Shown here: positions 1 to 9,789 of the stretch, piece by piece
Layout: every line of letters begins with the position of its first letter
Numbering within the stretch: the stretch's first letter is position 1
Source: Selaginella moellendorffii
Taxonomy: Eukaryota; Plantae; Lycopodiophyta
Direction of reading: 5' to 3'
DNA length: 64,000 nucleotides
Assembly (NCBI RefSeq): GCF_000143415.4
Contig: NW_003314267.1
Location: 3,161,407 to 3,225,406, forward strand
Translations under genes and position numbers: made by a program
The notes under the pieces: generated by a model
Databases searched by the model: none
What the model was told of the DNA's origin: nothing
Seen by the model: only the letters and a program-made list of their open reading frames with translations

Positions 1-30
1 TTCAACATAACATACAACATGTTAATCCTC

Positions 31-770
31 TTCCATCCTTCTGAAAGGAGGGGATGATATGAGGTTTAAGTGTATAATTATGATATGCTATACTAATATT
101 AATATAGTGGAATTTTGATAGCCATTAAATTGGTTTTAATTTGGATCAGTCACTTCTATATATAAGCTATGTTTTAGGGTTAATCAAATATGCATATTTC
201 TGTATTCCATTTCAATATTCCATACACTCACAAAGTTATACATTATATTTAGCACAAGAAGCCTCATAGATAGTAACTTAAGAACTAATAAAAAATAACA
301 ATAATATATGTATGTATATGATATTGAAATGGAATACAGGAATATGCATATTCAATTAGCCTTAAAACCTAGTTTATATACAAAATAAGTGGTCCAGATT
401 TAAACCAATTTAATGGCTATTAAAATTCCACTATGTTATAACATATTATAATTATACACTTAAACCTCAGATCATCCCAAAGGATGGAAAGAAACTAAAG
501 TTCTTTGGTTAATGGTTTGGGATCTGAAGGAATATAGAGGCATTAGTGTATTTGTAGGTGGTGTCAATTATTGTTAATCCTATTATATGAAGCACTTTAA
601 TCATTATATATGCACAATTGTTGAAGGATCAACATGTCATATGTTATGTCAAACCTTATCAATTTGTGATATAAATTGCTGCAACCCTTGATACAATCCC
701 TTTCACTTAGCAAAAAGCCCCTTAAATAAACCACATGCTATAAGATTTTGAAAATGGAAATTTCAATTGT
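31..770. mobile_element. Two tail-to-tail 3' ends of one LTR-retrotransposon family (+ copy: PPT and LTR about 45-300; - copy: partial LTR, PPT and 3' internal region about 321-770)
   Basis: 31-218 is an imperfect inverted repeat of 321-489. 31-300 matches 12110-12372 directly, and the reverse complement of 320-770 matches about 11835-12290, the 3' end of the gypsy remnant. A purine tract GAAAGGAGGGGATGA precedes the LTR, which ends ...AATAACA at 300. Confidence 0.7.
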
Positions 771-2109
771 ATTTATTACAAAAGAATATTTTTAACATAT
801 TCTATAAAATGCAATAAAAATTCAAAATATTCTTTAAACAATAATAAATATTCCAACAAATATTCTTTAGTCAACATGCTCCTGCCCCAGAGCATGAAAA
901 TTTTGGGTGGCAGCACTACAAAGAGCTGGAAGTGTATCTTTGGAGCTTTGACCTTGCAAAAGCTTTTGGTTAATCTAAGCAAATAAGAGAAATGCAATTT
1001 CAAGCTCATGCTAGTGTCTCACTTTTGTGACGTTTTCTTTGCCATATAATGACTACGAGAAGACCTGTAAATCAGAATGCCAAGGCAGCCATAACATCAA
1101 TTGACAAAACCTTGAGTTTGTTTGTGGGTGGAGCAGAAAAAGAGTGCTCTAGCTGCAATATTTTAATTTCATAGCATATGCAGTTCAGCATCTAGTTGGC
1201 GTTAAGCTTGACCAGACCATGTCCCATGAGTGGACACCATTTACCCACATGAGGCATCTTTTGTACAGGAAATTCTTGTTTTGGTTCACATTGCTGTGCG
1301 AATTGCGTTTCCTCTACACCACCCAAACTTTATCTAGGACGCAAAATGACAAGGCAAAAGCAAACTTTGATGTGTGATGGCGTGATTGAAACTCTATGTC
1401 AGTTGCCGACGGGATATTTCGATACATGGTCCCTGATCCTGTTGCAGTCCATTTGTTCACGAGCTTCCTTGTGACTAGGAATTGGTTCAAGAACATCCCC
1501 GAGTTGTAGGCCGTGGACGAGCACTTCAAGAGAAGCAGCTAAGAATACACAGTACTTTTCGCCTTATGATTTGATTGGGGATTACATCAATTATCTCTGA
1601 ATTATCTCGCTTTGTTCTCCTTCAGTGAACCTAGGCCTTCTAAAAGGAGGTATTTTCCTTGCTTCCGTGACCATGGCCATCCATGTTCCAGTTGTGCGTG
1701 GCATGGCAAATCGAGAAGCCTTGCTAGTAAGAACCCTGCTCTGAGGAATTCTGAACATTTGCTCAAATGAAGCACAATGTAGGGACAATTTGGATTTTGT
1801 TGCTCGGTATCTGATTGACGACGTGCGTACAAAGCTACAAAGTCATGCTACTCAAAGATTCTATATCCTTTACAAATGTACAGCATTTGCCTCAAGGGGC
1901 ATTTTCAAGGTACGCAACTACTGCTTGTCCTGGTTCACTTGGCCTTGTAATCTTTCATTCTACCTAGTCTACACCACCACAACCTTCTCTTGTTTTGGTG
2001 TTTTGGTTCTGTAAGGATCAAAGCAGACGGTCCTCTGTGGTGATAAAAAAACTCCATTTGTGTTGCATATACCCAAGGGTGGGATATTGGATACATTATG
2101 TTTCACTGT

Positions 2110-4650
2110 TCAGCGGCCTGATTCGCTTGGATACATCACACTTAACTCTCGACTCACGCCTCCGGAACCACCATCCTCGAAAATTCTTGGGAGAGGTGGT
2201 GCTGGAACTGGAGCATTCTCCTCGAGCATCTGGACGACTTTGCTCATGCTGGGCCTGGACTCCGGTTCCGGCTGGATGCACCAGAATGCAACCCGAAGAG
2301 CCATTTCGAACTGCTCCCAGTCGATGGTCTCGGCCATCCTCGGATCTGCTGTCGATTTCATGTTTCCCGTTGCGCACTGCTCAAATGCCCAGACTGGGAA
2401 GTACCAGCGCCCGCTATTCATGGCTGAGGGAGTGAACATAAACTTGTCCCGGCCGCTCATCAGCTCGAGCAGAACCATTCCAAAGCTGTACACGTCCACC
2501 TTTGGAGTGATTGCAACGTTGCTGATCCACTCCGGCGCCATGTATCCTCGAGTGCCTCTCGCCGTGGTAACGTTTGCACTACTCTCTCGCTTCATCAGCT
2601 TCGCGAGCCCAAAGTCAGAGACTTTTGGACGGAAGTTGTCGTCCAAGAGGATGTTTTGAGGTTTGATGTCGCAGTGGATGATGCATTCCTGGCACTGCTC
2701 GTGGAGATAAGTGATTCCTCTTGAGATGCCCAAGGCAATTGCCAACCTTGTTTTCCATTCACACAAAGTTTTAGGTACCTGGGAGCTCGCTTCATCCGCT
2801 TGTAGGCCTGGAGTTTCATTATTCTTCCCATCCTGGTCCGCTTGCGCTGCAAACAGGACTTTTTCCAGGGAACTATTTTCCATGTACTCGTAGACAAGTA
2901 GCCTGTGGCTTCCTTCGGCACAGTATCCGAGCATTCGAACCAGATTGATGTGGTGGATTTTTCCCAATGTTGCAACCTCGGCCTTGAATTGTTTCTCTGC
3001 ATGAGTAGCCATCATCAAGCTCTTCACGGCCACCAGAGATGTACCGTCTGCGAGGACTCCTTTGTAAACCGTGCCAAATGCTCCAGCTCCAAGCTTATCT
3101 TTGAAATTGCCAGTCGCTACTTCAAGCTGGTGATACGTGAACTTGGTGACTACTCCATCAACTTGGTCCAGAGCTTGTGACAAGCGCTTAATCCTTTTCT
3201 CGGTGTAGAGCCACCAGATCACTCCCGCTGCTAGAAACAACAAGAGCTCGGCAGCAGCAATGGCCGCAGGAATGACAAGTTTGAAAGCTTCTCGGACTTG
3301 TTTCAGCTCGGCATAGCTCTTGACATTGGTTGCATTTACGATAGTCGAGAAGAGCTCATTAAGAGGAGCCTCGGGTTGAACCCTTGAAGCTGTCGAGACC
3401 TTGAGGAACACCAGAGACGGAGCCATTTCGTCGGAGGGAATCTGGAAACCATTATAGATCACACCTGGAGCTGGACCTTTAGTATAACAGGTGCCGTGAC
3501 GATCAACTCTGTATACAAAGCCGAGGCATCCACAGTCTCTGTCACAGCGGCGTCTGCATCCCTCCAGAGAAGTGGGAGACAGGTCTTTCACGTAATCGTT
3601 GCCATTGTAGCTGGCTCTGTCCACGCGCACCCAGTCGTGGTGATTACTAGAGCCATTGCAGCTAAGTTGCAAGGGGACGTCGTAAGTGCAACCTTGGTGA
3701 TGGTCTTGTGGATCGATGAAGTGAAAACCAGGAGGGCACACGCACGTGGACCTAGGAGCATATGTGCACAAACCAAAAGGTCCACACACTCCATGGATTT
3801 GGCACTCGAGAAGCATTGCCTGCCATACGATGTTCCACGAGGAGTTGTCTGTTGAAAGGCCGTAGATCCGGAGGTTTCCACTGGGTTCCAGCTTGAGCAT
3901 TCTCATCACTCTTGTATTGGCGAAGGTGAAGTCAAGTGAATATTGGTAGTTTGAGACGTTGCTTGCATCAGTGAAGGTGACTATGCCACTCGAGTTCATT
4001 ACCAACCTGGAACTTTGGCTAGTTGAGTTGTTTGAGCCAGTTGATGATGAAGGCAGATTCTGTGGGATCGTCCAGTAGCTTGTTAAATTCTTCAACTCGG
4101 GAGCAGCCAAGAATATAAGCTGTGCCGAAACATCAGTCATTTGCAAACTGTATCTCCCAGATATCAAGGCTTGCCTGCCTTTGAAAACCTGATCTTGGAG
4201 CAACGTATCAGTCGGGAGGTTGAAACTTTGCCACAAAACTGAATTATTGCTGTGTTTGAGCACAAGATTTCCATCATCTTGCATGTCCAGTCTCACACCA
4301 GAGCAATTGCTGCTCTTGCAACTCACGATGACTTGAGCCACCCCATTATCCAACACAAACAATCCTTGGGCTTCATTAAGCACAAGCTGGGCATTTGCAG
4401 TCACTCCTTTGAGAGCAGTGGCAGTCCAGATAATTGTCTCAACGGAGCGGACCCTGATTGCAACATTCAACTTACCAGGAGCTCCAGTGTCATTGACGAA
4501 ACCAAACCCAAAGTTCTTCCCTGGTGAGATCAGGATTTCATCCGCCTTGAGAGACTCACCTGTTTGAATGCTGCTGCCCTTTTCAATTTCGCTCGCTAGA
4601 ACTGCCACTGGCAGTATCAATATGAACAAGGCGACATTACAGAATGCCAT
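2110..4650 (-). CDS. G-type lectin S-domain receptor-like Ser/Thr kinase (SD2-like), intronless
   Basis: First ATG is at 4650 (MAFCNVALF signal peptide). B-lectin motifs (DDGNLVL, WQSFNLPTDTLL), EGF-like CQIHGVCGPFGLC, PAN-like Cys pattern, TM helix, and kinase motifs GAGAFG, HCDIKPQN, DFG, RGTRGYMAPEW. Confidence 0.95.
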   Translation of the reverse strand: MAFCNVALFILILPVAVLASEIEKGSSIQTGESLKADEILISPGKNFGFGFVNDTGAPGKLNVAIRVRSVETIIWTATALKGVTANAQLVLNEAQGLFVLDNGVAQVIVSCKSSNCSGVRLDMQDDGNLVLKHSNNSVLWQSFNLPTDTLLQDQVFKGRQALISGRYSLQMTDVSAQLIFLAAPELKNLTSYWTIPQNLPSSSTGSNNSTSQSSRLVMNSSGIVTFTDASNVSNYQYSLDFTFANTRVMRMLKLEPSGNLRIYGLSTDNSSWNIVWQAMLLECQIHGVCGPFGLCTYAPRSTCVCPPGFHFIDPQDHHQGCTYDVPLQLSCNGSSNHHDWVRVDRASYNGNDYVKDLSPTSLEGCRRRCDRDCGCLGFVYRVDRHGTCYTKGPAPGVIYNGFQIPSDEMAPSLVFLKVSTASRVQPEAPLNELFSTIVNATNVKSYAELKQVREAFKLVIPAAIAAAELLLFLAAGVIWWLYTEKRIKRLSQALDQVDGVVTKFTYHQLEVATGNFKDKLGAGAFGTVYKGVLADGTSLVAVKSLMMATHAEKQFKAEVATLGKIHHINLVRMLGYCAEGSHRLLVYEYMENSSLEKVLFAAQADQDGKNNETPGLQADEASSQVPKTLCEWKTRLAIALGISRGITYLHEQCQECIIHCDIKPQNILLDDNFRPKVSDFGLAKLMKRESSANVTTARGTRGYMAPEWISNVAITPKVDVYSFGMVLLELMSGRDKFMFTPSAMNSGRWYFPVWAFEQCATGNMKSTADPRMAETIDWEQFEMALRVAFWCIQPEPESRPSMSKVVQMLEENAPVPAPPLPRIFEDGGSGGVSRELSVMYPSESGR

Positions 4651-4899
4651 TGCGATCTTGCGAATTTTACGATAGAAAATGTTTTGTAAAGGTCCTCTCC
4701 CCTCCGTGTCATGCACGGTCACGACTTGAAGCAGTCAAAAAGCAGACGTCTATATCTTGACTTGAGGTTCTTATATCACGACCGGTTTGGAGCCTATCCA
4801 CATTAGATAACAATTCTAAACGAGACGAGTGGTTTGACTCGCTCCTGGAATAGCTAAGATTTCAGTTTTTATGGCCTGAAGGTTCCATGTCCTCACCCC

Positions 4900-7281
4900 T
4901 CATTCAATCATCCTTGGGAAAGGTGGCTCTGGCACTGGGACATTTTCCTCAAGCATCTCCACGACCTTGCTCATGTTGGGCCTGAGGCTTGCATCGGGCT
5001 GGACACACCAAAATGCAACCCGCAGGACCATGTTGAACTGGACCATATCGATCTTCTCCGCCATCTTTGTATCCGCGATGGAACTCACACTCCCAGCTAC
5101 ATAGTGCTGAAAAGCCCAGATTGGAAAATGCCCGCGTTCCGAGTTCGTGGCAGGAGCGCCATCGACTGGAATTATTTTTCCGCCACTCAGCAGCTCGAAG
5201 AGGACCATACCATAGCTGTACACGTCCACCTTTGGAGTAATGGTGACGTTGCGGACCCATTCCGGTGCCATGTATCCTCGAGTTCCTTGCACCGTGGTCA
5301 CGTTTATGGTTCTTTCTCGACTGGCCAGCTTCGCCAGTCCAAAGTCAGAGACTTTTGGACAGAACTTCTCGTCGAGGAGGATGTTTTGAGGCTTGATGTC
5401 GCAGTGGACGATGCATTCCTGGCATTGTTCATGGAGGTAAGTGATTCCTCGGGCGATGCCCACAGCGATTGAGAACCTTGTCTTCCAGTCACAAAGACTC
5501 TCATCGATGTCTTCGTTTGAGATTATGGATTTCTCCAAGGAACCGTTTTGCATGTACTCGTACACGAGCAGCCTGTGGCTTCCTTCGGCACAGTATCCTA
5601 GCAGTCGAACCAAGTTGATGTGGTGGATTTTTCCAAGGGTTGTAACTTCGGCTTGGAACTGCTTCTCTGCTTGAATCTCCATCTCTATGTTTTTCACGGC
5701 CACGATAATACCATCTGGGAGCAATCCTTTGAAAACCGTGCCAAAGCCTCCAGTTCCAAGTTTGTCTTTGAAAAAGTTTGTAGCAATCTCAAGCTGGTGA
5801 TACGTAAACCTTGTTGCGCCTCCCTCAACCTCCATTTGTTGTTTGATGTGCCTTACTTTTTCCTTGACGTGGTGCCCATAGACAGCTCCACAAATCAAGA
5901 ACACTACAAGTTCAGCAATGGCAAGCGCCACGGCCAACTTATGCTTGATCGGTACCTCCACCTCCTTCACAAACAAGGTTTCCATATTGTTTGTTGCATC
6001 CATGTCTGTAACATATAAAAGTTGATTTAAACTGTGATCATCCTCGGCTGGCACGGAAGTATCTGATGCAGAGATTTTCAGAAAGAACAGATTCTGCCCA
6101 GATGCAATCTGGAAGCCATTATAAATCACTTGCTTTGGTCCCCTGGTTGAATCTGGACCTTTGAGAAAGCATTGACCTGAGCCGTCAGCTCTGTAGGCTA
6201 TCCCAAGGCAGCCACAATTCTCTTTGCAGATGCTCTTGCAATCTTCAAGGGATATGACTGAGATGTACGTCTTGTCATTGTAAGTATAGTCAGTTCTTTC
6301 CAAACGCACCCATCTGTTATCGGATCCATTGCAGCTTTTCAAGGGGACATTATACTCACACCCTTTGGAATGGTCACCTGGATCCACAAAGTGAAACCCT
6401 GGAGGACAAGTGCAGACGAGACCAGGCCTGTATGTGCAAATCCCGAAAGGTCCGCACATCCCAAAGACTTTGCAGTCAGCTGTCAATGCTTGCCAAACTA
6501 TATTCCACGAGGAGTTATCCTGGGTAAGGCTGTAAACTCGTAGAGTTCCATTGCGTTCTAGAGTGAGTCTCCTCGCTACCTTTGGAGTTCCAAAATCCAG
6601 CACGTAAAAGTACGAGTTTTGTTCCCGGTTAATGTACCAGGGCCCTTGACCGTCGGTGAAAGTAAGAATGCCGGTCGAGTTCATCACCAACGTTGATGCG
6701 TTGTTGGAACTAGTCGGGGATCTCTGGACATCCCAATATGATTGAGAATTGGACTCCGGAACTGCATAGCTTTTTAACCCTATAGAGTTTTGGTTGAGGT
6801 ACAAACTAAAGCTCCCCGAGCGAAGGATATCTTTGTTGCCTTGGATGAGTTGGCCTGTGAGCAAGGTATCGGTTGGGACATCGAAACTTTGCCAGCTGCC
6901 ACTGCTTGATATGACCACAAAGTTACCATTGTCCTGTAACTCCGCACTTGCAACACTAGGAACATTTGCAATCGTTATTAGTTGGGCCCCGTCCGAGACA
7001 AATAGGCCCTGGGCAGTGAGTTGGAGGCGAGCATTAGCAGTAAAAGCAACGCTAGGTGCACCTGGTGCAGTCCAGACGATTGTCTTCAAGTTGATGTGGT
7101 GGAACCTGATCACTAAGGTGAACTTACCAGAGGCTTCATCATCGACAAATCCAAGCTCAAAAGTGTTGTCTGGCGAGACTAGGAATTGATTTACTGCGAG
7201 AACATCCCCGACTTGCAACGATGATTTGCCGTTGGCAAGCACTACAAGAGCAGAAGCCAAGAACAGCAACAGCAGCGGCAT
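4900..7281 (-). CDS. G-type lectin S-domain receptor-like Ser/Thr kinase (SD2-like), tandem paralog
   Basis: 793-aa ORF with signal peptide, WQSFDVPTDTLL, EGF/PAN cysteines, TM helix, and kinase motifs HCDIKPQN and QGTRGYMAPEW. Collinear with the adjacent paralog. Confidence 0.95.
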   Translation of the reverse strand: MPLLLLFLASALVVLANGKSSLQVGDVLAVNQFLVSPDNTFELGFVDDEASGKFTLVIRFHHINLKTIVWTAPGAPSVAFTANARLQLTAQGLFVSDGAQLITIANVPSVASAELQDNGNFVVISSSGSWQSFDVPTDTLLTGQLIQGNKDILRSGSFSLYLNQNSIGLKSYAVPESNSQSYWDVQRSPTSSNNASTLVMNSTGILTFTDGQGPWYINREQNSYFYVLDFGTPKVARRLTLERNGTLRVYSLTQDNSSWNIVWQALTADCKVFGMCGPFGICTYRPGLVCTCPPGFHFVDPGDHSKGCEYNVPLKSCNGSDNRWVRLERTDYTYNDKTYISVISLEDCKSICKENCGCLGIAYRADGSGQCFLKGPDSTRGPKQVIYNGFQIASGQNLFFLKISASDTSVPAEDDHSLNQLLYVTDMDATNNMETLFVKEVEVPIKHKLAVALAIAELVVFLICGAVYGHHVKEKVRHIKQQMEVEGGATRFTYHQLEIATNFFKDKLGTGGFGTVFKGLLPDGIIVAVKNIEMEIQAEKQFQAEVTTLGKIHHINLVRLLGYCAEGSHRLLVYEYMQNGSLEKSIISNEDIDESLCDWKTRFSIAVGIARGITYLHEQCQECIVHCDIKPQNILLDEKFCPKVSDFGLAKLASRERTINVTTVQGTRGYMAPEWVRNVTITPKVDVYSYGMVLFELLSGGKIIPVDGAPATNSERGHFPIWAFQHYVAGSVSSIADTKMAEKIDMVQFNMVLRVAFWCVQPDASLRPNMSKVVEMLEENVPVPEPPFPRMIE

Positions 7282-7486
7282 TTCTTATGTATTGCACGAA
7301 GTCACAGACTCACAGAACCATATATTGGGGGCTCCTCTAGAATATCTCAAATGTGTTGACTGACCGGACACATTTCTCGGCTTTTGACTTGACAAGCGCG
7401 TTATCTTAAGAAACTCATGCCCGTCAGATCGAACCAGATCTAACGGCCAAAAGCTTGCTCTAGCTGAAATGCCGGCATCTCGTACG

Positions 7487-8476
7487 TCAAAGGGTAGAGC
7501 ACTTGTTCACGAACTGGATCATCTCTCCATACGAGTAATCCATTTCTCCCTCGACCTCTGGAAACAGCAAGAAATGGCCGCGATTTGGATACTCGACCAG
7601 CTTTGCATCCTTCCCAGCTTTCCGGAGCTCCTCGTAGTACTCCACCTGGCGGCTGTGGAGCACGTCTCGAGCTCCCACCACCACCAGCGATGGCGGCATT
7701 GGATCGATCTTGGCGATCTCCTCGGCACTTGGAACTCTACAGTACTCGTGGTCGCGGTTGGTACCCTCCGGGAGACAGAATCGCCAGAAAGTATCGCAGT
7801 CCGCGAGTGTGAGAACGTCGGGCTGGACGAGCGACTGGATCTCGGACTTGGATCTCTCCTCGGCCCCAAAGAATGGAACCACTGGGAAGAGTCCTTTGAT
7901 CTCCAGCGGCGAGAGGTCGCTGTGGATCGATCGGGCGGCCATGTAGTGGACGATTGTCCCTCCGGCGCTGCCGCCCATGAGGAAGATCCGGGAGAAATCA
8001 GCGTTTTGGAGCCAGGGGTCGCGATCCATTGGCGATTTCTTGGCCTGGGACTGAAGCCACTGGAGAGACACGAAAGAATCATCGAATGCCACCGGGAGGC
8101 GGTGCTCCGGGGCGAGCCTGTAGGCGACGGAGACGACGATCATCCCCATTTTGTGGGAGATTCCACTGCAAAGGCCATGGAAAATGCTCGAAGCAGGGGA
8201 GAAGGCGACGAATCCACCGCCATGGAAGTAGACGAGAAGCGCGTGCTTGCCAGTGGAGCTAGCATCATGGACCACGGTAGCCGATTTGGGAGCGAAGATT
8301 CGAGCCCACATTCCCGTTCCCTCGTCCAGAATCACGTCCTTGCATCCAATTTCGCCCTTTTCGAAGCTGGGATCAGCAGCGCAATCGGGCCACTGGGGCT
8401 TGCTCGTCCGGACGACTCTGCCATCGCTATAGAGCTGGACGCCTCTCACATCGCCCAGCAGCTCGCAATTCACCAT
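7487..8476 (-). CDS. Carboxylesterase (CXE / HSL-family alpha/beta hydrolase, GID1-related)
   Basis: HGGGF oxyanion motif, YRLAPEHRLP, nucleophile elbow GGSAGG, Asp (ARDVL) and His (RGHF), so the catalytic triad looks intact. The ORF-track start at 8497 is GTG; the first ATG is at 8476. Confidence 0.9.
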   Translation of the reverse strand: MVNCELLGDVRGVQLYSDGRVVRTSKPQWPDCAADPSFEKGEIGCKDVILDEGTGMWARIFAPKSATVVHDASSTGKHALLVYFHGGGFVAFSPASSIFHGLCSGISHKMGMIVVSVAYRLAPEHRLPVAFDDSFVSLQWLQSQAKKSPMDRDPWLQNADFSRIFLMGGSAGGTIVHYMAARSIHSDLSPLEIKGLFPVVPFFGAEERSKSEIQSLVQPDVLTLADCDTFWRFCLPEGTNRDHEYCRVPSAEEIAKIDPMPPSLVVVGARDVLHSRQVEYYEELRKAGKDAKLVEYPNRGHFLLFPEVEGEMDYSYGEMIQFVNKCSTL

Positions 8477-9261
8477 TGCCGCCCGCGCAGAACTCACAAC
8501 AAGGACGAAGAATTTAAAACAGAGAGCCGGCGTTGGAGCCCTAATCCGTCCAAGAACCCTAAAGAACGATTTTCGGGCCGGAGCAAGAAGACGAGGCTAT
8601 AGATTCCTTCATCCAAACGCACAACAGGAAACAAATTTTCTTCTACATCGCTCAAAAACTTTTTTCATATATAAATCACAACAGGAGCCCTAATCCGTCC
8701 AAGAACCTTCCAACTGGACAATGCAATGGATGTAAGATGATTATTGAAGAATGGATTATTCATATAAGACTACCAGGGGAGAAAGAAGTGAGTGAATGAG
8801 CAATTCAATGTGGAAGAGGCTAGATAGTCACTGGAGCACCAGTTATGCATGGGACTATACTCCTGAACTTCTATGAACAAAGATATATTTTTAGCCACCG
8901 CAACATTTAGGCCTCTCTGAATGTTGGATGATCAGGTCAATTAGTGTGTCCCTGCGTTCTTCCATCAAGGGAAGATGGGTGCAAGGAAGTACAATCAAAG
9001 GGGAAGATGTCAAGGTCTTGTGCTTGGAAGTTTAGTGCAGGGAAATACAAATGGAGTTGGAGATGTGTTCTGTACTAATAGATTCTTTCCACCTTGAATT
9101 GGCATATGGAGAACAAGCACATTTTTTGCTCATGTTTATCTACTGGCTGCCATGTGAAGAGGATGTATGCTAGGAGGATTTGGCATGTGCTGGGACTGCT
9201 TTTTAAAAGTTCATTTTGGGCTTTCACCCCACAAAAAATAGTAATTGGATTGCATAAATTT

Positions 9262-9771
9262 GCATTCTCATCACTCTTGTATTGGCGAAGGCGAAGTCAA
9301 GTGAATATTGGTAGTTTGAGACGTTGCTTGCATCAGTGAAGGTGACTATGCCACTCGAGTTCATTACCAACCTGGAACTTTGGCTAGTTGAGTTGTTTGA
9401 GCCAATTGTGGATTCTGTGGGATTGTCCAGTAGCTTGTTAAATTCTTCAACTCGGGAGCAGCCAAGAATATGAGCTGTGCCGAAACATCAGTCATTTGCA
9501 AACTGTATCTCCCAGATATCAAGGTTTTCCTGCCTTTGAAAACCTGATCTTGGAGCAATGTATCAGTCAGGAGGTTGAATATTTGCTATGTTTGAGCACA
9601 AGATTTCCATCATCTTGCATGTCCAGTCTCACTAGAGCAATTGCTGCTCTTGCAACTCACAATGACTTAAGCCACCCCATTATCCAACACAAACAATCCT
9701 TGGGCTTCATTAAACACAAGCTGGGCATTTGCAATCACTTCTTTGAGAGTAGTGGCAGTCTAGATAATTGT
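9262..9771 (-). pseudogene. Partial duplicate of the lectin-domain region of the first S-domain RLK
   Basis: Near-identical to about 3897-4438 (e.g. GRYSLQMTDVSAQLIFLAAPELKNLTSYWTIPQN) but carries deletions and frameshifts, with no start and no kinase domain. Confidence 0.9.
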
Positions 9772-9789
9772 TTTAACAAAGCTGTTATG

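Noticed and set aside
31-489. MITE/foldback DNA transposon
   Set aside because: The arms correspond to the PPT and LTR of the gypsy family at 11.8-12.4 kb, and homology continues past the right arm into retroelement internal sequence.
1020-2100. Short ORFs and GC-richer gene-like sequence
   Set aside because: No recognisable motif or consistent frame. Possibly a decayed fragment, but it cannot be supported.
7487-8476. GID1 gibberellin receptor
   Set aside because: It retains the catalytic His and lacks the GID1 N-terminal lid sequence, so it fits an ordinary CXE.
7469-8602. 377-aa antisense ORF over the carboxylesterase
   Set aside because: Shadow ORF expected from a GC-rich coding strand. 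No family motifs.
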